Of a stretch of 64,000 bases of DNA, positions 33,626 through 46,174 are shown piece after piece. The stretch's first letter is position 1, and each line of letters opens with the position of its first letter. Source of the stretch: a bacterium (GTDB lineage: Bacteria; Patescibacteriota; Saccharimonadia; Saccharimonadales; UBA4665). The notes beneath the pieces were generated by a model, which worked only from the letters and a program-made list of their open reading frames with translations, ran no database searches and was not told where the DNA came from. The DNA lies in assembly GCA_043776675.1 (NCBI GenBank), contig JAYVRB010000036.1, positions 220-64,219 of the forward strand, given 5' to 3'. The translations under genes were made by a program, and so were the position numbers.

Positions 33626-35065
33626 ATGAGCAATTACTATGTAACTACTTCAATCCCTTACGTTAACGGTGAGCCGCACCTGGGCCATGCCATGGAATTT
33701 GTTATGGCCGATGTGCTTGCGCGCAGAGCACGACAATTTGGCGATAATGTATTATTTAGTACTGGAACTGACGAACATGGGGGTAAGATTGCCGAGAAAG
33801 CCGACGAGATTGGCACAACTCCAATTAAGCTAGCAGATGAAATGAGCGCTAAGTTTTTAGAACTCGCCAAAAAGCTAGACATCAGCAACGATCGATTTAT
33901 TCGTACTACTGACCCTGGACATGAACAACGGGCTAAGCTCGCCTGGAAAGCTCTCGAATCAGATATCTATAAAGGCAGTTATGTGGGGTGGTATTGTACC
34001 GGAGATGAAGAATTCTTCAATGAAAAAGTTGTGAAGACCAACAAGAATATTTGTCCAGATCACAATCGACCCTATGAAAAGATTGAAGAGGATAACTATT
34101 TTTTTAAACTTAGTAAGTACGAAGACAAGCTAAAGTCAGCTATTGAGAGGGGTGAATTCCAGATTATACCAGATACAAGGCGTAATGAAATCCTGTCTGT
34201 TATTAATGGAGGCCTAGATGATATCAGCATTAGTCGACCTAAGTCTAAAATTGATTGGGGTATTTCAGTACCTGGTGACTCTGATCAGGTTATGTATGTT
34301 TGGTTCGAAGCTTTGATGAATTACATTACAGTTCTCGGTTATCCAGATCATAAAGATTTCAAAGTATTTTGGCCAGCTAATGTGCAAGTAGTCGGTAAAG
34401 GAATCTTACGTTTCCATGCGGCAATCTGGCCAGCTATGTTATTGGCACTAGGACTTCCTTTGCCTAAAACGCTCTATGTTCATGGTTATGTCACAATTGA
34501 TGATCAGAAAATGAGCAAAAGCTTGGGTAATTCAGTCTCACCAAATGAAGTTATAGACAAGTATGGTGCAGACGCTTTTCGATACTACTTCTTAAGGCAT
34601 ATATCTAGCTATGGAGACGGTAACTTTAGTTGGCAAGCATTTGAAGATTCATATAACAATGAACTTGCTAATGAGCTTGGCAATGCGGTTCAACGTACAG
34701 TTGCGATGATAGTTAAATATCAGAAAGGTATCATCGGTGATATTCCAGAAGCCAATCACGACACGGCGCAGTATGAAGAAGCGCTTGCAGCTTGCAAATT
34801 TGACCGAGCGCTTGATGAAGTTTGGGAGCAGGTTCGCGGGCTCAACCAGTATATTGAAGAAGAAAAACCGTGGGCCGTAGCCAAACAAGGCGACGAAAAT
34901 CACTTAAGAGAAATCTTAGCTTATCAGGTTAGTTCACTAATGCAGGTTGCAAACTTACTCGTACCGTTCTTGCCTTCAACTTCGTCTAAAATTAAAGCTG
35001 TATTTGAAGAGGGCATTGTTCGGCCTATCGATGGCAGTCTTTTTCCAAAACAAGAAGTTAAGTAA
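33626..35065 (+). CDS. metG: methionine--tRNA ligase (short form)
   Basis: HIGH motif PYVNGEPHLGHA, KMSKS present, 479 aa without a C-terminal tRNA-binding appendix. Confidence 0.9.
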   Translation: MSNYYVTTSIPYVNGEPHLGHAMEFVMADVLARRARQFGDNVLFSTGTDEHGGKIAEKADEIGTTPIKLADEMSAKFLELAKKLDISNDRFIRTTDPGHEQRAKLAWKALESDIYKGSYVGWYCTGDEEFFNEKVVKTNKNICPDHNRPYEKIEEDNYFFKLSKYEDKLKSAIERGEFQIIPDTRRNEILSVINGGLDDISISRPKSKIDWGISVPGDSDQVMYVWFEALMNYITVLGYPDHKDFKVFWPANVQVVGKGILRFHAAIWPAMLLALGLPLPKTLYVHGYVTIDDQKMSKSLGNSVSPNEVIDKYGADAFRYYFLRHISSYGDGNFSWQAFEDSYNNELANELGNAVQRTVAMIVKYQKGIIGDIPEANHDTAQYEEALAACKFDRALDEVWEQVRGLNQYIEEEKPWAVAKQGDENHLREILAYQVSSLMQVANLLVPFLPSTSSKIKAVFEEGIVRPIDGSLFPKQEVK

Positions 35066-35880
35066 TGCCAGAATTAGTAGATACTCACTGTCATATTCAG
35101 TCGCTCGTGTCACAAGTCGGTGAAGCTAACACCCGAAAACTTTGGTCCAAAGCTGAAGGCTTGACCGCAGAATCGGTTATTAGTGAAGCAGTTGAAGCTG
35201 GCGTTTCACGCATGATCTGCGTGGGGTGTGATATTGAAGATAGTCGTTTAGCGGTTGATTTTGTGAGTTCTCGTCCAGAATGTTGGGCGAGCATAGGGAT
35301 ACATCCGCACTCAGCTGACGATTATTATGGAAAAGATCAAATACTAACAGAATTTTCTGCGTTGGTTTCAATGCCTAAAGTTGTCGCAATAGGAGAGTGC
35401 GGGCTTGATTATTACTATAATCATTCCGATCAAAAAGCCCAGGAAGCAATACTTAGATTTCAAATTGAACTAGCTCTCCAGCATGACCTACCGATAATAT
35501 TCCATGTTCGTAATGCCTTTGACAACTTTTGGCCAATATTTGATAGCTACAAAGGCATACGAGGAGTATTGCATAGTTACACCGATAATCAATTCAACCT
35601 AGACAAGGCAATCGAGCGGGGACTATACATTGGAGTAAATGGCATTTCGACCTTTACAAAAGACTCAGCCCAGCTTGAAGTCTACAATTCTATTCCAGTT
35701 TCGAATTTAGTCTTTGAAACAGATTCACCTTTCTTGACTCCGGCCCCTTATCGTGGTACAATAAATAAACCAAAAAGGGTGGTAAATGTTGCAAAGTATG
35801 TTGCAGACCTACGAGGAACCAACCTCGAAATTTTGTCTGCCGCAACCACTAGCAATGCGCGTGAACTTTTCGGGATATAG
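35065..35880 (+). CDS. tatD: TatD-family metal-dependent hydrolase/DNase
   Basis: DTHCHI, GECGLDYYY, FHVR, SDSPFL. TAATG overlap with metG. Confidence 0.85.
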   Translation: MPELVDTHCHIQSLVSQVGEANTRKLWSKAEGLTAESVISEAVEAGVSRMICVGCDIEDSRLAVDFVSSRPECWASIGIHPHSADDYYGKDQILTEFSALVSMPKVVAIGECGLDYYYNHSDQKAQEAILRFQIELALQHDLPIIFHVRNAFDNFWPIFDSYKGIRGVLHSYTDNQFNLDKAIERGLYIGVNGISTFTKDSAQLEVYNSIPVSNLVFETDSPFLTPAPYRGTINKPKRVVNVAKYVADLRGTNLEILSAATTSNARELFGI

Positions 35881-35893
35881 CAAAGGATTTTAT

Positions 35894-36226
35894 ATGCACG
35901 ACAACCAATATTCCCCAGAATTTTTATCGCCCGTAGAAAGGCGAGTTCAAACTGTGGCAAATGCAGCATATAATCTTACATCAAAGCTTTCAGAGCAATT
36001 CATGAAAGCTGAAGAGATTAGACAACTTCAACTTAAAAAAGCTGAGGAGTTAATAGAAGCTCAGCGACAGAATGTCGACATCCACCTTACTAGTAGACCA
36101 AACATTGTGAAATTTTCAATTTCTGATCCGGTTATTCCAGTTATTACAATGTCAGACAAAGATACGTTTATTAAAAAATCTATGCAAAATGTTGCTGATG
36201 CTTATGCATACTCAGAGGCTGCATAA
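35894..36226 (+). CDS. hypothetical protein (110 aa)
   Basis: The ATG at 35894 avoids overlap with tatD. Predicted helical; no motif recognised. Confidence 0.5.
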   Translation: MHDNQYSPEFLSPVERRVQTVANAAYNLTSKLSEQFMKAEEIRQLQLKKAEELIEAQRQNVDIHLTSRPNIVKFSISDPVIPVITMSDKDTFIKKSMQNVADAYAYSEAA

Positions 36227-36588
36227 TGGGATTCCTTCCACGCATATTTAGAGCTAGCGAAGAACAGCGTACAGCTGAGGCTGGACTTGATCTCATACGA
36301 GCTGAAGGCAAAATTGGTGGCAAGCTTTTCGGACGTATACCTGAAGGCCACCAGCGTGAATTCTTCTGCCTCGACGAAACTACATGGGTGTGGTACGAAG
36401 GATGGACAGATACAAAGGGCCTATGCCAGTCAGTTACGACCCGTTATGAAGTTAGACCAAATGGTGTACTTAAGAATCAGAATAATCACGGCTACCAGAC
36501 CTTAACATACCAAGAAGCACAAAACTTATTTAAAGCCGTGCAGTTATATCAAAAAAAGATCCAGCCTCTTTATAGCCAGACCGCTTAA
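36226..36588 (+). CDS. hypothetical protein (120 aa)
   Basis: TAATG coupling to the previous ORF. Trp-rich core (TTWVWYEGW). Confidence 0.55.
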   Translation: MGFLPRIFRASEEQRTAEAGLDLIRAEGKIGGKLFGRIPEGHQREFFCLDETTWVWYEGWTDTKGLCQSVTTRYEVRPNGVLKNQNNHGYQTLTYQEAQNLFKAVQLYQKKIQPLYSQTA

Positions 36589-36617
36589 TTATCTCCACAA
36601 CAAGTATAATTATTATT

Positions 36618-37790
36618 ATGTCTAGCCCAAAAATTTATCTCGACCATGCAGCCGGCACTGCCTTAGATCCTGATGTTTTTAAAGCAATGGAGCCGTACTT
36701 CACAAATAAATTTTATAATCCCTCGGCAAACTATGGTCCAGCGCTGGAAGTCCATAGAGACATTCAAGCTTCCCGTGCAAAAGTTGCACGTTGTCTTGGT
36801 GCAAAATCAAGTGAAATTATATTTACTGCAGGCGGTAGTGAAGCAAACAATCTAGCTATTCATGGAATAATGCGACAATATCCAGAAGGAAATATCGTAA
36901 TAAGTAGCATCGAACACGAGTCAGTATTAGAAGCGGCTAGACATTATGATTTCCGCGAAGTTGGAGTTAAACCTGACGGTACAGTTAAGCTTGATGAATT
37001 AAAAAAATTAATTGATGATAAAACAGTTCTAGTCAGTGTAATGTATGCCAATAACGAAATCGGAACTATCCAACCAATTAAACAAATTGGTCAAGTGGTT
37101 GAAACTATACGAGCAAATCGCCTGCTGCTTAAATCTTCGACCCTAAGTTCTAGCGTCTATTGCCTGCCGCTATATTTCCACATCGATGCATGTCAGGCTG
37201 CTAATTATCTTGATCTACATTTTTCACGACTTGGAATAGACCTGATGACGCTGAACGGCGGCAAAATCTATGGTCCAAAGCAGAGTGGTGCATTATTTGT
37301 AAAAAGTCGTGTGAAGCTATTACCGATTGTCGATGGTGGCGGTCAAGAGAGAGGATTACGAAGCGGCACAGAAAATGTTGCTGGTATCATTGGATTTTCT
37401 GAAGCGTTAGATAAGGCTCAAACAATGCGCCACTCTGAAGTAGCAAGGTTGAAGCTTCTACAAAACCTATTCATAAAAAAGTTAAATGAAAAATTTCTAG
37501 ATTCGATTATAAACGGTTCGCTTAAGAATCGACTTCCTAACAATGTCCACATAACTTTTCCTGGACAAGATAATGAACGAATATTAATTCTACTCGACAA
37601 GGCTGGAATATTGGCAGCCGCCGGTTCAGCTTGCAGTGCTTCCGATGATGAGCCGTCCCACGTACTCAAAGCTATCGGCCAAAGCGATAACCAAGCTAGA
37701 GCTTCAATACGATTTACCCTCGGAAGATCTACGTCGTCCAATCAGATTGAAGCCGCAATCAAAGCACTAGTTAGTATCATTTCAAAATAG
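36618..37790 (+). CDS. cysteine desulfurase (class V aminotransferase, NifS/IscS-like)
   Basis: HIDACQA, PLP-Lys context NGGKIYGPK, active-site loop GSACSASDDEPSHVL. Confidence 0.85.
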   Translation: MSSPKIYLDHAAGTALDPDVFKAMEPYFTNKFYNPSANYGPALEVHRDIQASRAKVARCLGAKSSEIIFTAGGSEANNLAIHGIMRQYPEGNIVISSIEHESVLEAARHYDFREVGVKPDGTVKLDELKKLIDDKTVLVSVMYANNEIGTIQPIKQIGQVVETIRANRLLLKSSTLSSSVYCLPLYFHIDACQAANYLDLHFSRLGIDLMTLNGGKIYGPKQSGALFVKSRVKLLPIVDGGGQERGLRSGTENVAGIIGFSEALDKAQTMRHSEVARLKLLQNLFIKKLNEKFLDSIINGSLKNRLPNNVHITFPGQDNERILILLDKAGILAAAGSACSASDDEPSHVLKAIGQSDNQARASIRFTLGRSTSSNQIEAAIKALVSIISK

Positions 37791-37938
37791 CTTAAATTTT
37801 GTTTAATTGACAGATGATTTAAGGTATAATTACTGCTGAAGCTTTAGCACTTTGGATTTAATTTATATCAAGAAGTAATTTGATATATACCAGAGTCGAA
37901 GCCAGATAGATTCAACTTCAAATGGTGGGTATTCGAGA

Positions 37939-38562
37939 ATGACAATTTGGTGGCTAATACTAATCTTGGCAACACTAGGTAGCGTTGGCATTGCCTTTAT
38001 CTGGCTAACTGTTCGACTTAAAGGTGGACAAACCTTGAACGTTCCTAAGCCACAACAGTCAGTAGACGACGCAGCTGACGCTGACGTTGAACATATCTTT
38101 AATGATAAGTTCCGTGAAGAACTTCGTAATCGTGGCCTACTTCATTTCGAGAAAATTATCGGCGAAAATGCTATGTTCTTGCAGCAGGATCTACGTCTTA
38201 CTACTTCACAGCTCAATGACTATATGAAGAATGAGATTACCAAGAAGTTACGTGAAGAGTTCGACAAATATGAGCAGTCAATTATGGATGCCAAGCAGTT
38301 GGCGATTGAGTCAATCCAGAAGACCAACACTGCTATTGACGAGCAACGCGAGCAGATGAGCACTCAAATAGAGACTGAAATGGCTGGTGAGAAGCAGCAG
38401 GTTATTGATCGATTTGAAAAAAACATGGCTGACATTATTAATCACTATGTCTTAGAAGCAATTGGCAACCAGATTGATCTCAACGATCAACTAGAATATA
38501 TCCTTGGTGAACTTGAAGCTAATAAGAAGGCGATTGTTGAGGACATCAAGAATGGAAGCTAA
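37939..38562 (+). CDS. atpF: F-type ATP synthase subunit b-like stator protein
   Basis: Single N-terminal TM plus a long charged helix. Sits immediately upstream of the delta subunit gene. Confidence 0.55.
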   Translation: MTIWWLILILATLGSVGIAFIWLTVRLKGGQTLNVPKPQQSVDDAADADVEHIFNDKFREELRNRGLLHFEKIIGENAMFLQQDLRLTTSQLNDYMKNEITKKLREEFDKYEQSIMDAKQLAIESIQKTNTAIDEQREQMSTQIETEMAGEKQQVIDRFEKNMADIINHYVLEAIGNQIDLNDQLEYILGELEANKKAIVEDIKNGS

Positions 38563-39061
38563 ATTGGATAAGCCAGAGAGAACTATAGTTCTACCGCTTT
38601 TACTTGTTGGCCCAGTAGAGATTGGAAGATTAATACGCGAACTTTTGGAAATTGATGGAATTATCGCAGAGGCTAAACTTAAAGACGCACTCGATAAACT
38701 TAAGCTTCCTAAGTCTTCAAAAATTATGGAGCAAGTCCTTGAGATTAATAAACTGGATTTGATCAAAAACCATGACCGTATGGTACTTTTCGATAACTTA
38801 AAGCATATTGGTCTCAAATCACCAATTATCCATATAAGTCTAAGCTCAGACCCAACACCAGCTTTTACAGAAAAATTGATGGATTGGTTAAGGCGTGAGA
38901 TTGATCCTCAAATATTACTAACACTCGGCCTCCAACCAACTATCGGAGCAGGGTGTATTGTACGCACAACTAACAAGTATTTTGACTTTTCGCTTCGCAA
39001 AGATTTTCTTAGTAAACGAGATTTGCTGATAAGTAAGATCTCTGAAAAGGACCCAGCGTAA
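38552..39061 (+). CDS. atpH: F-type ATP synthase subunit delta (OSCP)
   Basis: C-terminal OSCP-like motif QPTIGAGCIVRTTNKYFDFSLRKDF. Internal ATG at 38552 overlaps the atpF stop. Confidence 0.65.
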   Translation: MEAKLDKPERTIVLPLLLVGPVEIGRLIRELLEIDGIIAEAKLKDALDKLKLPKSSKIMEQVLEINKLDLIKNHDRMVLFDNLKHIGLKSPIIHISLSSDPTPAFTEKLMDWLRREIDPQILLTLGLQPTIGAGCIVRTTNKYFDFSLRKDFLSKRDLLISKISEKDPA

Positions 39062-40544
39062 TGGCAAGCGGCAATAAGCATTTTGATCGCTTAGTTGAAT
39101 CTGGAAATCCGGTAGGTGAAGTAATTGCGGTTAATAAATTTTTGATTAAAGTCAAAGGCCTACACCCAGTTGCTTTGCACTCATTGATCATGTTTGAAGA
39201 TGGGAGTAAAGGATTCGTGAATCAAATTTTGGCTGACTCCGTCGCTATATTACACTTCGGAACGTTAAATCTAGATGTGGGAATGCTAGCCGTAATTCAG
39301 CATAATGAATTAGTAACCAAAGTAGGCAAAGATTTTATCGGCCGTGTTGTTACCGTCACAGGAGAACCACTAGACGGTAAGGGCCCAGTAGCCGCAGATG
39401 ACATTATGCCAGTATTCAATATAGCTCCATCGATTTACGAGCGCAAGTTGCTGAGCGATCAGGTCGAGAGTGGAGTTATTGTTATAGATGCATTATTCCC
39501 TCTAGTTAGGGGACAGCGCATGGCTATGCTTGGCGACACGAAGTCTGGCAAAAGCAGTTTAGCTACACAGCTAATGATCAACCAGAAAGACTCCGATCAA
39601 GTCGTTGTGTATTGTCTTATAGCCAAGCGGCGTAGTGATATCGATATGCTTCTATCACGGCTAGAGGAGAGTGGCGCAATGGAACGATCGATAGTGGTTG
39701 TATCAACTATGTTCGAATCATTGATCATGAGCTATATCGCCCCTTATGTTGCCTGTGCGATGGCTGAATATCTATGGCAGAAGTGCGACCTCGATACAAT
39801 AATTATCTATGACGATCTTACTTCGCATGCTTACACTTACCGTGAAGTTGCGCTGTTGTCTGGAGTTAGTCCGGGGCGCGATTCATACCCAGGCGATATG
39901 TTCTACGCCCACTCATCATTACTTGAGCGAGGCGGTCGTTTAGAAAGAAATGGCAAATGTTTGACTACAGTGCCGATTGTTCACGCAGCATCGGGTGATA
40001 TCACGGCTTATCTGCCGACTAACATCATGTCGATTACTGACGGACAATGGATCCTCGATATGGAGACATTTAGATCTGGCATAAGACCCGCTGTAAGTAT
40101 CGGGCAGAGTGTCACGCGTGCTGGTGGAGCCGGACACAATAAACGACAAAAGGCATTAGCCGATAAAACGCTAAAGTTATTAGCTGATTATAGGCAGTCA
40201 TTACAATTCTCGCACTTTGGATCTGAGCTAGCTATAGAATCAAACCGCGCTCTCGTTACCGGTACGCGTATCCAGGAATTATTAACTCAAGGACCCACCG
40301 AATCATATAGCCTTATGGCTCAACAACTGATGCTGGACATAGTTCTAAATATGACTGATGGCGAAGATATAAAGATTTACGATCTTAAATCAAAATCTGG
40401 TGAATACGCCTCCAAAGTAACTTCTGACGCACTTTTTGACTCTGTACGTGATGAACTTAAAGATGCGTCTCTGGTAAAGCTAAAAGGCGTACAAAGCAAC
40501 ACTGCTGAGCTACCAGCTATGGCTGAGTTGAAAGAGGTTAAATC

Positions 40545-40548
<4 letters not shown>
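39061..40548 (+). CDS. atpA: F1 ATP synthase alpha subunit (divergent)
   Basis: P-loop GDTKSGKSS (canonical GDRQTGKT), PGRDSYPGDMFYAHSSLLERG, 495 aa. Confidence 0.85.
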
Positions 40549-42711
<2,163 letters not shown>

Positions 42712-42735
42712 CATTAAATATAAGGTGTAATTAAC

Positions 42736-43095
42736 ATGGACTCAAGTGTTGATGAACTAAAAGTACTAGGAAGAGATAGCAATAAGTCGAAGTCAGAACT
42801 TGAAAGCGATAAAGCTGCAGTTGATTATGCAAAAAACGTAAACAAAAAACAAGTTATGGAAGTTAAGATTTATTCTCCGTTTCAAGATTATTATAATGGT
42901 ATTGCTTTTAGCCTTAGCGCAGTAAATGCTACAGGACCATTCGACATTCTACCCGAACATCATAATTTCATCTCATTACTGAGCCCATGTGATTTGGTAG
43001 TTCGTACTGTAAAGAATGGTGATCGTAAAGTACAAATATCTGGAGGAATTATCCATGTTAAATCAGATAAAGTCATAGTGTTCCTAGATGTTTAA
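42736..43095 (+). CDS. atpC: F1 ATP synthase epsilon subunit (beta-sandwich only, with N-terminal extension)
   Basis: MEVKIYSPFQDYYNG...ILPEHHNFISLL matches the epsilon N-domain. No C-terminal helical hairpin. AAGGTG lies 9 nt before the ATG at 42736. Confidence 0.65.
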   Translation: MDSSVDELKVLGRDSNKSKSELESDKAAVDYAKNVNKKQVMEVKIYSPFQDYYNGIAFSLSAVNATGPFDILPEHHNFISLLSPCDLVVRTVKNGDRKVQISGGIIHVKSDKVIVFLDV

Positions 43096-43135
43096 TTCAG
43101 CAAATATTATCAAATTTTGCTAAAATAGATTATAT

Positions 43136-44182
43136 ATGTCTAAAAATGTATACGTCGGTATGTCGGGCGGAGTAGACTCGTCGGTCACTGCAGCTCTACT
43201 TCTAAAGCAAGGCTATGATGTCACGGGTGTATATATGAAGAATTGGAGCCAAGATCTGCCTGGTTTTGTATGTCCGTGGAAAGAAGACTATCAGGATGCA
43301 AAACGAGTTGCAGTTGAGCTCGGAATTGTGTTTAAAATGTACGATTTTGAAACCGAGTATCGTCAAAAAGTTGTCGATTATATGGTAGCTGAATACAGGG
43401 CTGGCCGAACACCTAATCCTGACGTGATGTGTAATCAAGAAGTGAAGTTCAAACTGTTCTTAGAAACTGCCCTTGAAGATGGCGCTGACATGATCGCTAC
43501 AGGACATTATTCGCGCATTCATTCTGGAAAATTACTTACTGGACTAGACAAAGGCAAGGATCAGTCTTATTTCTTATACAGAGTTAAACAATCAGCGCTT
43601 GAGAAAAGTTTGATGCCGATTGGTGAGCTCCAAAAACCTGAAGTGCGTAAGATTGCGAGAGAACTTGGGCTGGCAACGGCTGAGAAGAAAGACAGTCAAG
43701 GGATTTGTTTTGTCGGCAAGGTGGGTATCAAAGAATTTTTATTATCTGAAGTAGGTCCTCAACTCCATGGTGATATTGTCGACCAGCACGGAAGAGTGAT
43801 CGGGGAGCACGACGGTGCACTATTCTATACCATTGGACAACGTCATGGCTTACAGGTTGGCGGAGGTCTGCCGTATTACGTGATTGGTAAAGATATGAAG
43901 AAGAATGAAGTCTATGTTACGACTGATATTGATGATAAAAACCTTTGGAGTAAAAAGCTCAAACTCTCTGATATTCACTGGATTAATGGTGAGCCAGATT
44001 TGAGTAAAAAGTACTCAGTCCGTACTCGCTACCGTGCGCCATTAGTTGAGATTGAATCAATCGCAAAGTCTGATAATAATCTAACTTTATATTTGTCTGA
44101 AGACGTTCGGGCGATTACCACAGGGCAGTCGGCAGTAATTTATGATGGTGAGCATTGCCTTGGCGGCGGTATTGTCATTTAG
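43136..44182 (+). CDS. mnmA: tRNA-specific 2-thiouridylase
   Basis: PP-loop VGMSGGVDSSV, DQSYFLY, GICFVG. Confidence 0.9.
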   Translation: MSKNVYVGMSGGVDSSVTAALLLKQGYDVTGVYMKNWSQDLPGFVCPWKEDYQDAKRVAVELGIVFKMYDFETEYRQKVVDYMVAEYRAGRTPNPDVMCNQEVKFKLFLETALEDGADMIATGHYSRIHSGKLLTGLDKGKDQSYFLYRVKQSALEKSLMPIGELQKPEVRKIARELGLATAEKKDSQGICFVGKVGIKEFLLSEVGPQLHGDIVDQHGRVIGEHDGALFYTIGQRHGLQVGGGLPYYVIGKDMKKNEVYVTTDIDDKNLWSKKLKLSDIHWINGEPDLSKKYSVRTRYRAPLVEIESIAKSDNNLTLYLSEDVRAITTGQSAVIYDGEHCLGGGIVI

Positions 44183-44224
44183 ACCACCTGTTATCTGTGA
44201 TTAGTTATCTGTATAATGAACTAG

Positions 44225-46174
44225 ATGACCGCTCAAGAAATTCGCCAGCAATATTTTGATTTTTATACTTCGCGTGATCATGCGCGCATTGCAAGAGCAC
44301 AATTAATTCCACAGAACGATCCTACGACTCTATTCACTGGTTCAGGTATGCAGCCGCTTATTCCGTATCTTCTTGGCGAGAATCACCCTAGCGGAGTCCG
44401 ACTCGTAGATAGCCAGACTTGCTTTCGTGCTCAAGATATCGATGAAGTTGGTGATAATCGCCATACAACATTTTTTGAAATGCTAGGTAATTGGAGCCTA
44501 GGAGATTATTTCAAGCAAGAGCAACTAGCTTGGGTATTTGAACTATTGACTGACAAAATCGGATTAGACCCCAGGAAGCTTTATGTCACTTGTTTCATCG
44601 GAGATCCCAATAACAATATCCCCAAAGATACTGAGTCTGCAGAAATATGGAAGAAATTGTTTGCTGCAAAAAACATCGATAACTTAGATGTTGAAATTGG
44701 TTCGGAATCCGATGGTGGGATTAATGGCATGCAAAACGGCAGAATATTTTACTATGACGTTAGTAAAAATTGGTGGTGCCGAGCCGGTAAGATTGATCTA
44801 ATGCCAGCTGGAGAACCAGGTGGTCCAGATAGTGAAGTTTTCTATTTGTTTGATTCTGTTCAGCATGACACAAAGTATGGTGAACATTGCCATCCAAACT
44901 GTGACTGTGGAAGATTTATGGAAATAGGTAATAGCGTCTTTATGGAATATGTCAAAACCAATTCTGGATTTGATAAATTACCCAAGCGAAACGTGGACTT
45001 TGGTGGAGGTCTAGAGCGTATCGCAGCCGCCAAACTCAATAGCCCAGACGTTTTCAAGATTAGTATTCTATGGCCAATTATTGAAAAGTTAGAATCAATC
45101 TCTGGTAAATCCTACGAATCACATACTGAAAGCATGCGGGTAATCGCCGACCACCTTCGAGCGACTACCTTCTTGGCAGTCGATGGTGTAGTGCCAAGCA
45201 ACAAAGAGCAGGGTTATGTGATGCGCCGACTACTTCGACGTGCTATTCGTTATGCTTTCGACCTTGGTATTGAACAGAATTTCCTTGAGCAAGTTGTGCC
45301 GACGATTGCTGACCTTTATCACAATGATTTTCCAGAAGTTGCAGCTAGTCGTGACAAAGTCATCGAGATATTAACCAAAGAAGAGAAAGTCTTCCGCCAA
45401 ACTTTGCGTAACGGTCTTCAAATTTTTCACAAGTTTACACACATGGAGGTAGGTCAAATAAATAATGGCGTAAAGAATAGTATCGAGTATGTGAAATTAG
45501 ATTTTTCAGTACCAATATCAGGAAGAATAATATTCCAGCTATATGATACTTATGGATTTCCCGTGGAACTATCTCTTGAAGAAGCCTATAAAAACAACAT
45601 GGACACATCTGGCTGGAAAGAAGAATTTGATAATGCTATGCAGGAGCAACGCGAGCGTTCGCAGACCGCTTCCAAGGGTGTGTTCAAAGGTGGACTCGGC
45701 GGTCAAACCGTCCAACACAAGAAGTATCACACAGCTACACACTTGATGTACCAGGCTCTGCGTGAAGTACTTGGTGACCATGTAGTGCAACGTGGTAGCA
45801 ATATTACTGAAGAAAGATTGCGATTCGATTTTAGCCATTCCGAAAAGGTTACGCCTGAACAAATTCAGCAAGTTGAAAGTATTGTTAATCAACAAATAGC
45901 TAATGACCTAAGAATCTCATTCGAAGAATATCCAACCAAAGTTGCTGTGGAAGAAATGGGCGCTCTAGGTCAGTTCGGTGACCGCTATGGCGAAACAGTC
46001 AAAGTCTATAAAATGATAAAAGACGGTAGCGACGTACCATTTAGTTTCGAAATCTGTGGTGGCCCACACGTTGATCACACAGGACAACTCGCCGAAGGCG
46101 GCAAGCAGTTCGCAATCACTAAAGAAGAATCTAGCTCATCAGGCATCCGCCGGATTAAAGCTGTTCTAGCCTAA
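44225..46174 (+). CDS. alaS: alanine--tRNA ligase (649 aa, lacks the C-terminal C-Ala/DHHA1 region)
   Basis: N-terminal IRQQYFDFYTSRDH...FTGSGMQP. Editing-domain motifs HTATHL and CGGPHV. Ends about 200 aa short of typical bacterial AlaRS. Confidence 0.9.
   Translation: MTAQEIRQQYFDFYTSRDHARIARAQLIPQNDPTTLFTGSGMQPLIPYLLGENHPSGVRLVDSQTCFRAQDIDEVGDNRHTTFFEMLGNWSLGDYFKQEQLAWVFELLTDKIGLDPRKLYVTCFIGDPNNNIPKDTESAEIWKKLFAAKNIDNLDVEIGSESDGGINGMQNGRIFYYDVSKNWWCRAGKIDLMPAGEPGGPDSEVFYLFDSVQHDTKYGEHCHPNCDCGRFMEIGNSVFMEYVKTNSGFDKLPKRNVDFGGGLERIAAAKLNSPDVFKISILWPIIEKLESISGKSYESHTESMRVIADHLRATTFLAVDGVVPSNKEQGYVMRRLLRRAIRYAFDLGIEQNFLEQVVPTIADLYHNDFPEVAASRDKVIEILTKEEKVFRQTLRNGLQIFHKFTHMEVGQINNGVKNSIEYVKLDFSVPISGRIIFQLYDTYGFPVELSLEEAYKNNMDTSGWKEEFDNAMQEQRERSQTASKGVFKGGLGGQTVQHKKYHTATHLMYQALREVLGDHVVQRGSNITEERLRFDFSHSEKVTPEQIQQVESIVNQQIANDLRISFEEYPTKVAVEEMGALGQFGDRYGETVKVYKMIKDGSDVPFSFEICGGPHVDHTGQLAEGGKQFAITKEESSSSGIRRIKAVLA

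Noticed and set aside
35786-35893. N-terminal extension of ORF 35786-36226 overlapping the tatD 3' end by 95 nt
   Set aside because: An internal ATG at 35894, just after the tatD stop, gives a non-overlapping gene. The extension is in the shadow of a well-supported CDS.
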